A stretch of 64,000 nt of DNA from an uncultured bacterium (GTDB lineage Bacteria; Patescibacteriota; Kazan-3B-28), in contig OY968788.1 of the NCBI GenBank assembly GCA_963695435.1, positions 413,456 through 477,455 of the forward strand, given 5' to 3'. Within the stretch, counting starts at the first letter, position 1; the number at the start of each line of letters is the position of its first letter. Under the pieces are notes generated by a model. It worked only from the letters and a program-made list of their open reading frames with translations, did no database searches and was not told the DNA's origin. This document shows, piece by piece, positions 1 to 10,309 of the stretch. Position numbers and translations under genes: made by a program.

Positions 1-273
1 AAGATTCAATCAAAGTAAAACCACCATCGGAAGTGTTGATAGCATCAAGCCCTTCCACGCCAACGATAATAGATTCTTCGCTGTTGTTGTTGATAACTGC
101 CGTGTCGCTTTTAATTTCCCCTGGTTTTAGTGTGTAAACAAACCAGCTCCGCGATGGCTCGGCGGGAGTGGGTTGGGGCATAATACCGATTCCGCCAGCA
201 GCAGAAACTGATTGAACCAGCCAGAAAAATACTGCCAGTCCCCCAACAATAATTAGTCGCCAATTATATTTCA

Positions 274-1776
274 TCATTTGCGACGATTAGGTTTAGATTT
301 GGGTATAAGAAGTTCCTGACCAGCCCGCAAACGATACGGTGGGTGCAGACGATTCAGGCGAATAATAGTTTCGATTGTGGTACCAGCAAATTTAGCCACA
401 TCTTCAATCGTATCGCCACGGTCTACAATCACTACTTCGGCGGCAATATTTTTTTCAGTGGAAATAATTCCCTGCATCCGCTTGGAGATTTCGTGAGTGT
501 TGCGCCGACTAAAGAAATGAGTAAATGCTTTTGTGATAATATTCCGATGACCCAAAACTTGCTGGAGACGTTCTTGCCACTCGCTCTGTTGCAGTTTGCC
601 AATTGGGATTAGTAGCTTTTCACCAGCTTTGACTTCGTATGGCCAGCGCAAAAGATTAAACTTGGCCAATATCCGAGGATCGGCGCTCATCTTAGAAGCT
701 ATTTTGGTAAGTGTGTCGCCAGCTATTACGGTGTAGATGGTAGTTTTGGTTTTTAACCGATTCACAATTAGGTAATACAACCAAACTGAACGCAACAGGT
801 AGGCAACAAACAATGCGATTAGTAGGTAAAGTATCTCGGTCAACGGGAAGACCCAAAAAACATATCGTTTGGTAATCACAATTTCCGGTAGCTGAGTCTT
901 GGTACGATCTTTATTAACCTGCTCCCGAGCGGGAAGATGGAAAGTAAAATCGGCCACAAATCGACCGAAGTAAGGCGCTCTCCGTACCCATGCGCCTTCT
1001 AGTGTAGTAGTTTGACCTCGAGCGATGGTCCCATAAGTAGCACCTGTTTGTTCACCAACTTTGCCAAAAAATCCTCTAACTTTAATATCAATTTTGGGGG
1101 TAAGTCGAACATTGCCTTGATTATCAAATTTAATTCGGAAAAGTAATTTACGATTATCACCACGCCCCGAAACAACATGATGACCGATTTTTTTAATAAA
1201 CAAGTCTCTTTTAATGTCGCCGGGGACAATGTTATATACTCCAACTCCAATACGGGTCAGGATTTGAGCACCATTTCCTTTGGTTTGGGCTTCCGGTACG
1301 ATTTCTTGAGCATAGATTTCTCCTTGATAGTCGCCAACATCAGCATTATCAGGAACCTTGATAGTAAACTTTGCTACCGCCTCACTATGCGCTTTTAGCG
1401 TAAACCGATTTTTTTCAAAAGTAATCCAAGTACCAGTGTTGGGTTGTTTGTCGGGAGTGGTTTCAGCGGGCGACAAAGTATAGTCTGGATTAAGAGTTGA
1501 GCCACCACCGAAGAGGATGAATGTCTTGGTTTCGTTGGATGTATTTAAAACGGTGATAGCGTCATCCAGCTGTTCGCCTTCCGCCAAAACATAACCATAA
1601 TAGTTTCGATTTATCCCGCTACCTATGGTGGGGTCGAGGGCGATACCGTCATAGCCAATCTGACCAGCAACCACAACGGGTGCAAGTTGCTGAATAATCG
1701 GTAAAATGGCTATCAAAAACAAGCTTAACCTAACAACTGTCCAAATTCTTTTTTTCCCCAACACTTTCATAAACAA
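274..1776 (-). CDS. Surface protein: signal peptide, DUF916-like beta-sandwich N-domain, one TM helix, two C-terminal LysM domains. Paralog of 19473..20912.
   Basis: N-terminal hydrophobic signal. Motif KFTIKVPDNADVGDYQGEIYAQ matches KFTVNVPLDADVGDHIGGLAVY in the paralog. TM segment FWVFPLTEILYLLIALFVAYLL. Two LysM-like blocks (YTVIAGDTLTKIA...LLIPIG and VVIVDRGDTIEDVA...ELLIPK). Confidence 0.7.
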   Translation of the reverse strand: MFMKVLGKKRIWTVVRLSLFLIAILPIIQQLAPVVVAGQIGYDGIALDPTIGSGINRNYYGYVLAEGEQLDDAITVLNTSNETKTFILFGGGSTLNPDYTLSPAETTPDKQPNTGTWITFEKNRFTLKAHSEAVAKFTIKVPDNADVGDYQGEIYAQEIVPEAQTKGNGAQILTRIGVGVYNIVPGDIKRDLFIKKIGHHVVSGRGDNRKLLFRIKFDNQGNVRLTPKIDIKVRGFFGKVGEQTGATYGTIARGQTTTLEGAWVRRAPYFGRFVADFTFHLPAREQVNKDRTKTQLPEIVITKRYVFWVFPLTEILYLLIALFVAYLLRSVWLYYLIVNRLKTKTTIYTVIAGDTLTKIASKMSADPRILAKFNLLRWPYEVKAGEKLLIPIGKLQQSEWQERLQQVLGHRNIITKAFTHFFSRRNTHEISKRMQGIISTEKNIAAEVVIVDRGDTIEDVAKFAGTTIETIIRLNRLHPPYRLRAGQELLIPKSKPNRRK

Positions 1777-1831
1777 ACACTGCTCTAATACGGAGTATGC
1801 TTTTTTATTCTATTACAAACCCGACTGTAAG

Positions 1832-3337
1832 TTAAGAAATGGATGCGTTGTTCTTTGGCTGATATTGCCATAACAGAGAAAATTCGTCCGAGTAAATGAG
1901 TTTCCACCCCATGGGGTTATTTCCCAGCACATTATTAACCAGATGTTCTCTGGGCAACAGAATAATTTCAGGATGCCACTTGTCAACCATTTCGGTAATG
2001 TCTTTCGGGTTAAGAGATAGCAACTTAGTGTAGTCATCAAAGATTCGCAAACCGTTTTGACGCCAAATTGCCATTCTCCCGTCAATAAACAATTTGTATT
2101 CAGGCAATTGCCAGATAATATAACCGCCCCAACCATACTCGGTAACAAGTCTCACGTCGGGCGAAAAGTGTTGTTTAATGTAATCCGTTGCTTGAGTGGG
2201 GTAGCCAGTAGCTTGACCGTAACTAATAGACGAAGCAAGAGCCGTTCTCAAAACATCAACTCTGTTTAGCCCCCAACCAAATACTAATATCACCAGAATC
2301 AACAACAGCCATGTTCGACGAGCTAAATCCCGTAATCCGTGTTCGACTACCGGCCCTAATTGTTCAATCAGCAATGGCAAACTAACCAGAGCGAAAAGGG
2401 GCAAATGTCGCCAAGAGGTAACGCCGAAAAAGAAAAATGTGACAGCTAACACTAATTTAGTGAGGTCAAAATTGAACCTATTAATGAATATTAGAACGAT
2501 TATCAGAACACCCAAAATGACAGCATTGTAACTGCCGGATGATTGCAGAGTGACTGGCAACCATTCGGCAATTCGGTTCAAAATGTCGGACTGACTAAGG
2601 GTGTCGTAAATTTCTCGATAAATATGCCAACCGTAAGGATTAATCAGAGTAGCTAATAATCCCCCGCCTATGCCGATAAAGCCTAAGCGAAATAGTTCTT
2701 GCCAACTTAGGAGATGTAAATTTTTAGCAGGACGCGGACCAGCCAAAATTCGGCGGAGTGCCTCCCCTACTATAAACATACCAATTACGACAAAACCGCT
2801 TAAAAAGCCACCGTGAAAATTGACCCAGACAAAAAACAAAATAGGCAACCAGTACAACAATTTAATCCGCTGGTTTTCTCTCCAAGCAAATAGAATCAAC
2901 ATAGTAATAGCTGTGCCCACCAGCGTCAGCATTTGCGGACGCACACCGATGATGTTCCAACAAACCAACAGAGCGATGACAGACCCCACAATGGCGGATA
3001 ACGGAGTTTTTCTAAATTGTTGCATGCGAGTCGGTAGCCAGAAGGCTAAAACAATTATTAGTGAAAATAAAATTACCAATGGCCAGAGACCACCAATATG
3101 GTAGAGGACATACATAATTCGGTCTGTCATCCATTCATGGGCAATCCAAGGGAAATTTGGCATCGACCAAGAAAAAATATCGGTATGAGGCGGGAAAAGA
3201 TGAGCCCAAAGATAACGTCCGCTGCCCAAATGCCAGCCTAAATCTGGATCGCCCGGCAGACTAAGTGCGAAAAACAGCAAAAATGACAAAACGATACCTA
3301 TAAACCACCAATTTCGATTAAAAAAGATTTTATTCAT
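1832..3337 (-). CDS. GT-C fold polytopic membrane glycosyltransferase (ArnT/PMT/YfhO-like). Paralog of 17827..19395.
   Basis: More than 10 predicted TM helices. Conserved DPDLGWHL loop near the N-terminus and a C-terminal EYGWGGYIIWQLPEYKLFIDGRM block, both shared with 17827..19395. 4-bp overlap (ATGA) with the upstream gene. Confidence 0.6.
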   Translation of the reverse strand: MNKIFFNRNWWFIGIVLSFLLFFALSLPGDPDLGWHLGSGRYLWAHLFPPHTDIFSWSMPNFPWIAHEWMTDRIMYVLYHIGGLWPLVILFSLIIVLAFWLPTRMQQFRKTPLSAIVGSVIALLVCWNIIGVRPQMLTLVGTAITMLILFAWRENQRIKLLYWLPILFFVWVNFHGGFLSGFVVIGMFIVGEALRRILAGPRPAKNLHLLSWQELFRLGFIGIGGGLLATLINPYGWHIYREIYDTLSQSDILNRIAEWLPVTLQSSGSYNAVILGVLIIVLIFINRFNFDLTKLVLAVTFFFFGVTSWRHLPLFALVSLPLLIEQLGPVVEHGLRDLARRTWLLLILVILVFGWGLNRVDVLRTALASSISYGQATGYPTQATDYIKQHFSPDVRLVTEYGWGGYIIWQLPEYKLFIDGRMAIWRQNGLRIFDDYTKLLSLNPKDITEMVDKWHPEIILLPREHLVNNVLGNNPMGWKLIYSDEFSLLWQYQPKNNASIS

Positions 3338-4938
3338 AACGCAGAGCTGTTATTAAAAACGAACAGAATTTCACGATTATTTCTTAGCCAGTGAACGGTC
3401 GCCTCATCACTTAGGTCGTAATATGCCCAATCAATTTGGGGAAGAAGATTATAGATGGGATGTTCGTAACGCGCGCCTTCCGCCCCCAACACACTTTGAT
3501 CAGGAGTGCGTAAAACATATTTAATATTTGGACCGAGAGTAATGTTATCCAAGAATTCGTGCACTTGTTCTCCGCGAACATGCCAGATTGGGTTGGAACT
3601 CGAAAATGCCTTAGGCGCTAGAGAATAAACATCAAAATCGGGATAATAAAATTGATAGTGCCTAAGGCCAAAGAAAATATATCGATTGGAGGCAACAATA
3701 ACTGTATTCTCGGGAGTGAATTTTTCGTGAATTAATTTGGATGTTTCCGCCGATCCCCTATCCATCACCTGAACCGAGGGCAAACCAGCGCTTAAATAAT
3801 CGTAGGCGTCGGGATTAAGCGTATAAAATTGATAAATCTGGAAAGTTAGTACGGCTATAAAGCTCACCCCAATTACCAAATAGCCATAGATTTTAGAAAA
3901 TTTAGCTGCCACTTTGGCAATAGAGGCGGTACTTGCTCCAGCAAGAACCAATAATACTGGTGTAATAAATAGAAGGTAGCCGTTATTGGTCAGCCAGACA
4001 GTAATCACGAACAATAGACCGGGGATGATGGTTAATGACCAAAACCAGACCCAAGGCCAGCTGATTTTAAGATACTGTTTGGATTCGCGAGTAATAAACG
4101 GTATTGCACCCAAACCCAGCAACACCAAGACAGGCAGGAACGCCGAGCGTAATAAAGTAACCGCAAAACTTAAGCGACCAATCATAGCCTTGAAAGTAAT
4201 GGAGTTAGAAGGGTCGAGTGAAATTAGACTGGTCAACCGCCAATTGAGAGCGAGGTATTGGCCCAATCCCCCCGAGATGATTATCAGTGGGATTGCCCAG
4301 AGCAAATTGAGCCCAACCCAGAGTGGCAAAGCCCAGTTGATTTGTCGCCGCCAGTTTTTATAGTGCAGAAAGACAAAAACTATTAGTGGCAGGGTGATAA
4401 TAGCCGAGAATTGACGAATACCACCCAAAAAGGCGCTGATCACCAATAACCAGACTAGAGTAGTATTGCTAGGATGACGAAAGTGGCGATAAGCTACAAG
4501 AATCAAACCAGCAACCACAACTGTTTCAACGATGTAAACTTCAGCAACTAAACCGTGAAACCAAATTGATGAATTGAAAATAAACCAAATACCGGCTAAA
4601 CAACCAACTAATTCACCAAATGCTTCGCGACCAAGTTGATAAATTAACACAAAACCAACAATTGACGCCACAATCCCTAGAATAATTAATGCAAGATTGG
4701 GATCGTGAACAACATAATTTATTAATTTGGCAAGTTCTACATATAAAATGTAGCCTGGTGGGTGGGGTTGGTGTTTAATGAGATCAAAATTATTAATAGC
4801 CAAGGCAAACTGAGCTGAATCCCAGTGGTAGAGATAGTGAGCGTGATACATCCAGCGAGTAATGATAATCGTCAGTGCTCCGACTGTCAGGCCGATATAC
4901 CGCCACCAGTAGTAGTTGAAATTACGCAACTTAACCAT
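3334..4938 (-). CDS. GT-C fold membrane glycosyltransferase (PMT_2/GT39/GT83-like).
   Basis: Polytopic membrane protein. First extracytoplasmic loop carries an HPPGY motif resembling the HPP(L/F) loop-1 motif of GT39/GT83 enzymes. Large C-terminal soluble domain. Translationally coupled to 1832..3337. Confidence 0.55.
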   Translation of the reverse strand: MVKLRNFNYYWWRYIGLTVGALTIIITRWMYHAHYLYHWDSAQFALAINNFDLIKHQPHPPGYILYVELAKLINYVVHDPNLALIILGIVASIVGFVLIYQLGREAFGELVGCLAGIWFIFNSSIWFHGLVAEVYIVETVVVAGLILVAYRHFRHPSNTTLVWLLVISAFLGGIRQFSAIITLPLIVFVFLHYKNWRRQINWALPLWVGLNLLWAIPLIIISGGLGQYLALNWRLTSLISLDPSNSITFKAMIGRLSFAVTLLRSAFLPVLVLLGLGAIPFITRESKQYLKISWPWVWFWSLTIIPGLLFVITVWLTNNGYLLFITPVLLVLAGASTASIAKVAAKFSKIYGYLVIGVSFIAVLTFQIYQFYTLNPDAYDYLSAGLPSVQVMDRGSAETSKLIHEKFTPENTVIVASNRYIFFGLRHYQFYYPDFDVYSLAPKAFSSSNPIWHVRGEQVHEFLDNITLGPNIKYVLRTPDQSVLGAEGARYEHPIYNLLPQIDWAYYDLSDEATVHWLRNNREILFVFNNSSAL

Positions 4939-4959
4939 TAAGTTTATTGTCGCACAAAA

Positions 4960-4989
4960 TTGACCCCACTTTTATAAGCGGGGTCAATA
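4960..4989 (-). terminator. Intergenic hairpin (ttgaccccgc/gcggggtcaa, followed by a T-rich run on the minus strand) between the WxL-like gene and the downstream GT-C genes. Likely a partial terminator or attenuator.
   Basis: 8-9 bp GC-rich stem followed by ttttgtg on the minus strand. Same placement as terminator 17759..17788 in the paralogous locus. Confidence 0.45.
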
Positions 4990-5027
4990 TAATTCGAATA
5001 ACCTTCTAATTTATAAAAGGTAAAAGA

Positions 5028-5639
5028 TTAAGTACCATCGCTAGCCAGCAATGTTAGCACGAATTTACCCGTATATTCACCAGCAGGAAATACGGCTGGG
5101 ACAGGCACGGTGAATTTTATACCGTTGATTCTGGCTGCCATTGGTGCGTTGTAGGTTGAGTTGAAAATGTTGCGCAGAGTGCCGATTTCTACGTCGTTGC
5201 CTTCGCCAATTCCAATTTTTGTACCATCCCATGTGGCGACATTGCTGATGGTGGCGTTGCCGGGATGGACTTTAATGGTGCTGGCCAAAATTGAGTTAGT
5301 GCCACTATTCATATTGCTGGCGTTAACACGAACTGACCAGTAGGAGTTAGCTGCACCGCGTAGGTCACTAACAACATGGTTGCTTAAAACATTATTACCA
5401 GTGGCACCACTACCAACTCCAACAGCAGCAAAAGCCAAGGCAATATCACCATTGCTTAACGAAAGAGCACCGGCGGTAACTCCAATGTTGGTATCGATAT
5501 TATTAGTTAGTCCTGCAAAAACACCTGCTTGCGAATTGAACCACATCAAGCCGACGACCAAAAGAATTAGGCCGCCATAAATTTGTTGTGTTACCTTTGC
5601 TTGGACCTTGTGTAATACAAGATCATTACTGTTTTCCAT
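5028..5639 (-). CDS. Small secreted surface protein with N-terminal signal anchor and a WxL-like C-terminal domain. Paralog of 17108..17734.
   Basis: TM anchor GGLILLVVGLMWF. Gly/Ala/Asn/Thr-rich body. W-x-V/L motifs (SYWSVRV, ATWDG). C-terminal YTGKFVLTLL resembles the second WxL motif. Probable start at MENSND (5637-5639) preceded by AGGGGG; the ORF track extends to 5681. Confidence 0.55.
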   Translation of the reverse strand: MENSNDLVLHKVQAKVTQQIYGGLILLVVGLMWFNSQAGVFAGLTNNIDTNIGVTAGALSLSNGDIALAFAAVGVGSGATGNNVLSNHVVSDLRGAANSYWSVRVNASNMNSGTNSILASTIKVHPGNATISNVATWDGTKIGIGEGNDVEIGTLRNIFNSTYNAPMAARINGIKFTVPVPAVFPAGEYTGKFVLTLLASDGT

Positions 5640-6046
5640 TTTCCCCCTAATGGTACTCTTGTTGTTATTCGACATTTTCATTTTATTTTATTTTTGTTTT
5701 GTTGCGCAATAGTTTTTTTTCAAATTCTTTTTTCTGTGTTCTTCAACTGATTACTTTATTTTTTTATTCAATCAGTTTCTTTAGAATTTTCTTTTACTTT
5801 AGTTTGCACAAATTATTTTTCTTTTCTATTCAACAACTCTTGATTTGTAATAACTTTCTCAAAAAATGTTGTAAATCATTTTAGCAAGTGAAGGTCAGAG
5901 AAGTAAATTTATTTTCAAATTCGATTGGCGTTTTTTGGAAATTTCTAAATACTTTTTATCCTAATTACTTTAGTATATCACAATTATTATAAACTGTCAA
6001 TACCAACGGTTTCTTGAGATTGATGAGGGTATGCTAAAATCTAGGT

Positions 6047-7915
6047 ATGCCACCTTCGTCCAACAGATTAGCAAAGCAGATAACTAATTGGGCTACTGGC
6101 GTTCTATGGGGAGCTTGGGGGCTGGCTTTGGCGTTGGCGGCACGGGGCTTATTTAGCTCCAGCATTCACCGTACGCATGATACAACCCCATATCTGTGGG
6201 CAAAAGCAATGTTTGAGATGTGGCAAAGGGGTTGGTGGTGGCCTCAATGGTTGCCACAAGTTTGGGTTGGATTTGGGGCTCCGGTATTTCACTACTATGC
6301 TCCGTTGTATTATTGGTGGGTTAGTCTGTTCCAGCTGATGGGGCTAAATGCAATATTGGCCACCAAAGTAGTATTGATTATTAGCTTATTCCTCGGGGCA
6401 TGGGGAATGTACCGATTAGCCAGACATTGGTTTGGACTGGAAGCCTCACTGCTGGCAAGCGGGTTATTTGTTTGGGCACCATATTATCTGGCGTTGCTGT
6501 ACACTCGGGGAGCTTTCCCAGAATTTTTTGCTCTAAATCTAGTACCTTGGATTTTGTGGGCACTGGTGACCTACTATCGAAAACCAGCTCGCTGGATATG
6601 GATAGTATTGGTACTGGGTTTGGTCGGAGTGATTCTATCGCATACGCTGACTTCTTTTGTGACGGTAGCGGTGGTAATCGCCATGCTGTTTTATCTTTAT
6701 TATGGCGAGATAAAAAATCGCCGAGCGATTGGCCGAATTGGCCTAGCTGGTTTAGTAGCCTTAGGCCTGACGGCGTTTTATTGGCTGCCAGCACTAGTAG
6801 ATGCCAAACTAATCAATGCAATTTATCTAACCGTCAGTAAATTTGACTATCACCTTTCTTTCCCTAGTTTAGTCAATCTGATAAATCTGTATCGAGATCG
6901 TGAACAAGCTTGGCTGTCGGTTGGGGTGGTTCATTCGGCAACATGGTTAGCCGGATTATTGGTGTACTTTATTGTTCGGCGTCAGCCCTCGGCTAAATTA
7001 TTAGCTGTCCTACTAACCATCTCGGGGATTTTAATTTTTATGGCACTGCCGATTTCTCAATGGATTTGGCAAACTCTACCCGAACTGGCATATTTCCAAT
7101 TCCCTACTAGGTTCCTTGGTCCAGCGGCTATTTTTATTGGTCTAATCGGTGGTTGGTTAGTGCAACAAGCACCAACTGAAGCCAAGGCGCGAGCCAAATT
7201 GGCTAGTGTGATTTTGCTATTGGTTGTAATGGCCAACCTACCGGTATCATCCAATCTGGTTAGTTGGCTAGAGCACAACACAACCGCCGAAAGCTTAACG
7301 ATGAATGAGTATGTGGCTCTTAGATTTGCAACTTCATACGCAGGAGCTGTGAACGGCGTGGGATTGTTTGTTGCTGATTCGGGTATTATGCCGTCAGAAT
7401 ATTTACCTAGTGAATATGTAACAAATCCTAAAACTTATGTCGCCAATGACAGCGAGCCACTAATCACTTACGGTATTGATAACGCCGAACAGCGCTTGGT
7501 TGATGATAAAACATTGAGTCCGTTGCCACTGTTTGAAACTGTAAGTGGTCAGGCGACCATAAATATTCTGGTGGATAAGCCATGGCAAACTCAAGCCGAG
7601 ATTGATGCGACCACAAATACAACATTACAGATTAACCGCATGCGTTTCCCATTATGGAAAATTACTCTGGACGGTAAACCGGTTACGACTTATCTGAAAA
7701 CTGGGGTGTTGGGACAGTTTATGAGCATACCGGTCGGAAAGCACACTTTAGAAGTTAGCTGGAAAAACTCATTAGTTATGATTTGGTCGAGAGTTTTCTC
7801 TGGATTATCGGCGCTGGCACTGTTGGTCGTACTGGTTTTCTCTCGGCTAAGAACGAAAAAATCTGCTAAACTGGTTGCGTATGGCAAAAAAGATAAGAAA
7901 CGCAAAAGCAGATAA
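6047..7915 (+). CDS. GT-C fold membrane glycosyltransferase (YfhO/oligosaccharyltransferase-like) with large C-terminal extracytoplasmic domain.
   Basis: About 12 TM helices. Trp/Tyr-rich first loop (WQRGWWWPQWLPQVW...HYYAPLYYWW). About 230-aa soluble domain, then a final TM and a KKDKKRKSR tail. Confidence 0.5.
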   Translation: MPPSSNRLAKQITNWATGVLWGAWGLALALAARGLFSSSIHRTHDTTPYLWAKAMFEMWQRGWWWPQWLPQVWVGFGAPVFHYYAPLYYWWVSLFQLMGLNAILATKVVLIISLFLGAWGMYRLARHWFGLEASLLASGLFVWAPYYLALLYTRGAFPEFFALNLVPWILWALVTYYRKPARWIWIVLVLGLVGVILSHTLTSFVTVAVVIAMLFYLYYGEIKNRRAIGRIGLAGLVALGLTAFYWLPALVDAKLINAIYLTVSKFDYHLSFPSLVNLINLYRDREQAWLSVGVVHSATWLAGLLVYFIVRRQPSAKLLAVLLTISGILIFMALPISQWIWQTLPELAYFQFPTRFLGPAAIFIGLIGGWLVQQAPTEAKARAKLASVILLLVVMANLPVSSNLVSWLEHNTTAESLTMNEYVALRFATSYAGAVNGVGLFVADSGIMPSEYLPSEYVTNPKTYVANDSEPLITYGIDNAEQRLVDDKTLSPLPLFETVSGQATINILVDKPWQTQAEIDATTNTTLQINRMRFPLWKITLDGKPVTTYLKTGVLGQFMSIPVGKHTLEVSWKNSLVMIWSRVFSGLSALALLVVLVFSRLRTKKSAKLVAYGKKDKKRKSR

Positions 7916-9695
7916 GCAGTCGGATATCTCGAAAATCCGCCACTCCGCCAGTCATATCTTGGCGGAAGCGGTTTTGAATCTGTATCCCAAGACTAAACTC
8001 GCCATCGGCCCCGCCGTTGAGGATGGATTTTACTATGATTTGGATTTTCCCACTCCTCCCGAGGAGAAGGAGTTGGAAAAGATAGAAGCTGAAGCAAATC
8101 GGATAATTTCCGAAGAGCGGACTTTCAAGCGTTCCGAAATGCCGATTGATGAGGCAATTGAACAAGCGAAGGCGGAAAAACAACCTTACAAGACAGAATT
8201 GTTGGAAGATTTGAAAGCGCGGGGCGAGAAAATTGTTTCCTTCTATAGCTCGATGTCGGGCGATAAAATTACTTTTACCGATTTGTGCGCTGGTCCACAT
8301 GTGGATAATACCTCCGAAATTGGCGCGTTTAAAATTACAAAATTAGCCGGTGCCTACTGGCGCGGTGACGAAAAAAATAAACAACTCACTCGCATTTACG
8401 GAACTGCCTTTGCGACTAAAGAAGAATTGGACGAATATTTGTTGATGCTGGAAGAAGCAAAGAAACGCGACCATCGCAAACTCGGTCAAGAATTAGATTT
8501 GTTTTCACTACACGAAGAAGCTGGTTCGGGTTTGGTGTATTGGCATCCTAAAGGAAGTCGGGTTAGAAAAGTTGTTGAAGATTTTTGGCGGGAAGAACAT
8601 ATTCGCAACGGTTATGAAATTTTGTTCACCCCGCACATAGGAAGAGCGTGGTTGTGGGAAACTTCTGGACATCTTGGGTACTACAACGAAAATATGTACT
8701 CCCCAATGGAGATAGATAAGGATGATTATTACATCAAGCCGATGAATTGTCCTTTCCATATTTTGATGTACAAAACCCGCACTCGTTCATATCGGGATTT
8801 GCCAATGAGGTGGGCAGAGCTTGGAACAGTTTACCGCTACGAGCGCTCGGGTGTTTTGTATGGATTACTTCGGGTTCGCGGATTTACGCAAGATGACGCG
8901 CATATTTTCTGTACGCCTGAACAAATCGAAGATGAGGTTTCGGAAACTTTGCGATTCTCACTTTCAATGTGGAAAGCATTTGGATTTACTGATATCAAGG
9001 CATATCTTGCTACTAAGCCCGAAAAAAGTGTTGGTGATTCTGCTGATTGGGATGTTGCGATTGAATCTTTGCGCAAAGCTATAGATAAGGAAGGTTTGCA
9101 ATATGAAATGGACGAGGGCGGAGGCGCATTTTATGGACCGAAGATTGATTTGAAAATAAAAGATGCTCTGGGGCGGGAATGGCAGATGACCACGATTCAG
9201 TTCGATTTCACTCTGCCTGAAAGATTTGATATGACTTTTGTGGATGCCACTGGCAAAGAGCGCCGACCATTTATGGTGCATCGGGCGTTGCTTGGTTCTA
9301 TTGAAAGATTTTTTGGCGTATTGATTGAACATTACGCTGGAGCATTTCCGGTTTGGCTGGCTCCTGTGCAGGTGAAAGTTCTCCCTATTAGCGAAAAACA
9401 TTTGGAATATGCGGGGAAGGTTTATCAGGAATTACGCGAAGCGGGTTTGAGGGCAGAACTGGATGAAAGCAACGAATCGGTTGGCAAGAAAATCCGCGAA
9501 GCGGAAATAAATAAGATACCTTATATGTTGGTGGTTGGTGATAAGGAAAAAGAAGCTGGCACAGTTGCAGTTCGTAGTCGCGCTAAGGACCCCGCCTGCA
9601 ACGATGAGCGTAGCACTTCGGGCAGGGATTTGGGCGCGATGGATGTGAAAAAGTTTGTGAAATTAATTCACAATGAGATTAACGCGAAAAGATGA
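7875..9695 (+). CDS. thrS: Threonyl-tRNA synthetase.
   Basis: SASHILAEAV second-additional-domain signature. Class II catalytic core (HRKLGQELDLF, FTPHIGRAWLWETSGH). C-terminal anticodon-binding domain. 5' end overlaps the previous gene, so the true start may be an internal Met. Confidence 0.9.
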   Translation: MRMAKKIRNAKADKQSDISKIRHSASHILAEAVLNLYPKTKLAIGPAVEDGFYYDLDFPTPPEEKELEKIEAEANRIISEERTFKRSEMPIDEAIEQAKAEKQPYKTELLEDLKARGEKIVSFYSSMSGDKITFTDLCAGPHVDNTSEIGAFKITKLAGAYWRGDEKNKQLTRIYGTAFATKEELDEYLLMLEEAKKRDHRKLGQELDLFSLHEEAGSGLVYWHPKGSRVRKVVEDFWREEHIRNGYEILFTPHIGRAWLWETSGHLGYYNENMYSPMEIDKDDYYIKPMNCPFHILMYKTRTRSYRDLPMRWAELGTVYRYERSGVLYGLLRVRGFTQDDAHIFCTPEQIEDEVSETLRFSLSMWKAFGFTDIKAYLATKPEKSVGDSADWDVAIESLRKAIDKEGLQYEMDEGGGAFYGPKIDLKIKDALGREWQMTTIQFDFTLPERFDMTFVDATGKERRPFMVHRALLGSIERFFGVLIEHYAGAFPVWLAPVQVKVLPISEKHLEYAGKVYQELREAGLRAELDESNESVGKKIREAEINKIPYMLVVGDKEKEAGTVAVRSRAKDPACNDERSTSGRDLGAMDVKKFVKLIHNEINAKR

Positions 9696-9714
9696 CGCGA
9701 TATAGTTTTTGCGC

Positions 9715-9786
9715 GTCATCCTGAGCGAGCAAAGCGAGTCGAAGGATCTAAAAATATTATAGATTCTTCGTTTCACTCAGAATGAC
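9715..9786. repeat. Palindromic intergenic element, family 1 (GTCATCCTGAGCG..GAAGGATCT..AGATTCTTC..CAGAATGAC). Empty copy.
   Basis: Nested inverted repeats: outer gtcatcctgag/ctcagaatgac, inner gaaggatct/agattcttc. Four more copies in the window. Confidence 0.8.
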
Positions 9787-9955
9787 AAGAAGTTATGAGA
9801 CTAAGTAGAAAAGATAAGGTTGACAGTCTGGATCGTCATCATGCAGGACGGGATTTAAAATTGCGTAAACGCCAGACTTCCACTACCGATAATCGCAAAT
9901 CAATTCAGTTAATCTCGAAACTAGGTAAAAAAGTAAAATGACATCCCGAAGGGTG

Positions 9956-10290
9956 TCATCCTGAGCGTAGCGAAGGATCTATGGATAAAACCTATTATGT
10001 CTATATAATGGCAAGCCGATCAGGCGTGCTATATACTGGTGTAACCAGCAACTTGGAACGGAGAGTATACGAACATAAACATGGGATTATAGTCGGTTTT
10101 TCCAAAAAGTATCAGACCAACGCATTGGTTTATTACGAGCATACCGGAGACGTTGAATCAGCCATTGTTCGCGAGAAACAAATCAAGGGTTGGCTTCGCG
10201 CTAAAAAAGAAAAATTAATTCAAAATATGAACCCAAAATGGAATGATTTATCAGAAAGTTTTATAGATTCTTCACTGCGTTCAGAATGAC
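9956..10290 (+). mobile_element. Family-1 palindromic element whose central loop is replaced by a GIY-YIG nuclease gene (filled copy).
   Basis: Left arm tgtcatcctgagcgtagcgaaggatct runs directly into the ATG at 9981. Right arm atagattcttcactgcgttcagaatgac supplies the TGA stop at 10287-10289. Empty copies have aaaaatattat in place of the ORF. Confidence 0.7.
9981..10289 (+). CDS. GIY-YIG nuclease family protein (YhbQ/UPF0213-like, about 100 aa).
   Basis: YVYIMASRSGVLYTGVTSNLERRVYEHK is a canonical GIY-YIG motif. Small single-domain protein. Confidence 0.85.
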   Translation: MDKTYYVYIMASRSGVLYTGVTSNLERRVYEHKHGIIVGFSKKYQTNALVYYEHTGDVESAIVREKQIKGWLRAKKEKLIQNMNPKWNDLSESFIDSSLRSE

Positions 10291-10309
10291 AAAGAGAGGA
10301 GCTTTCAGA

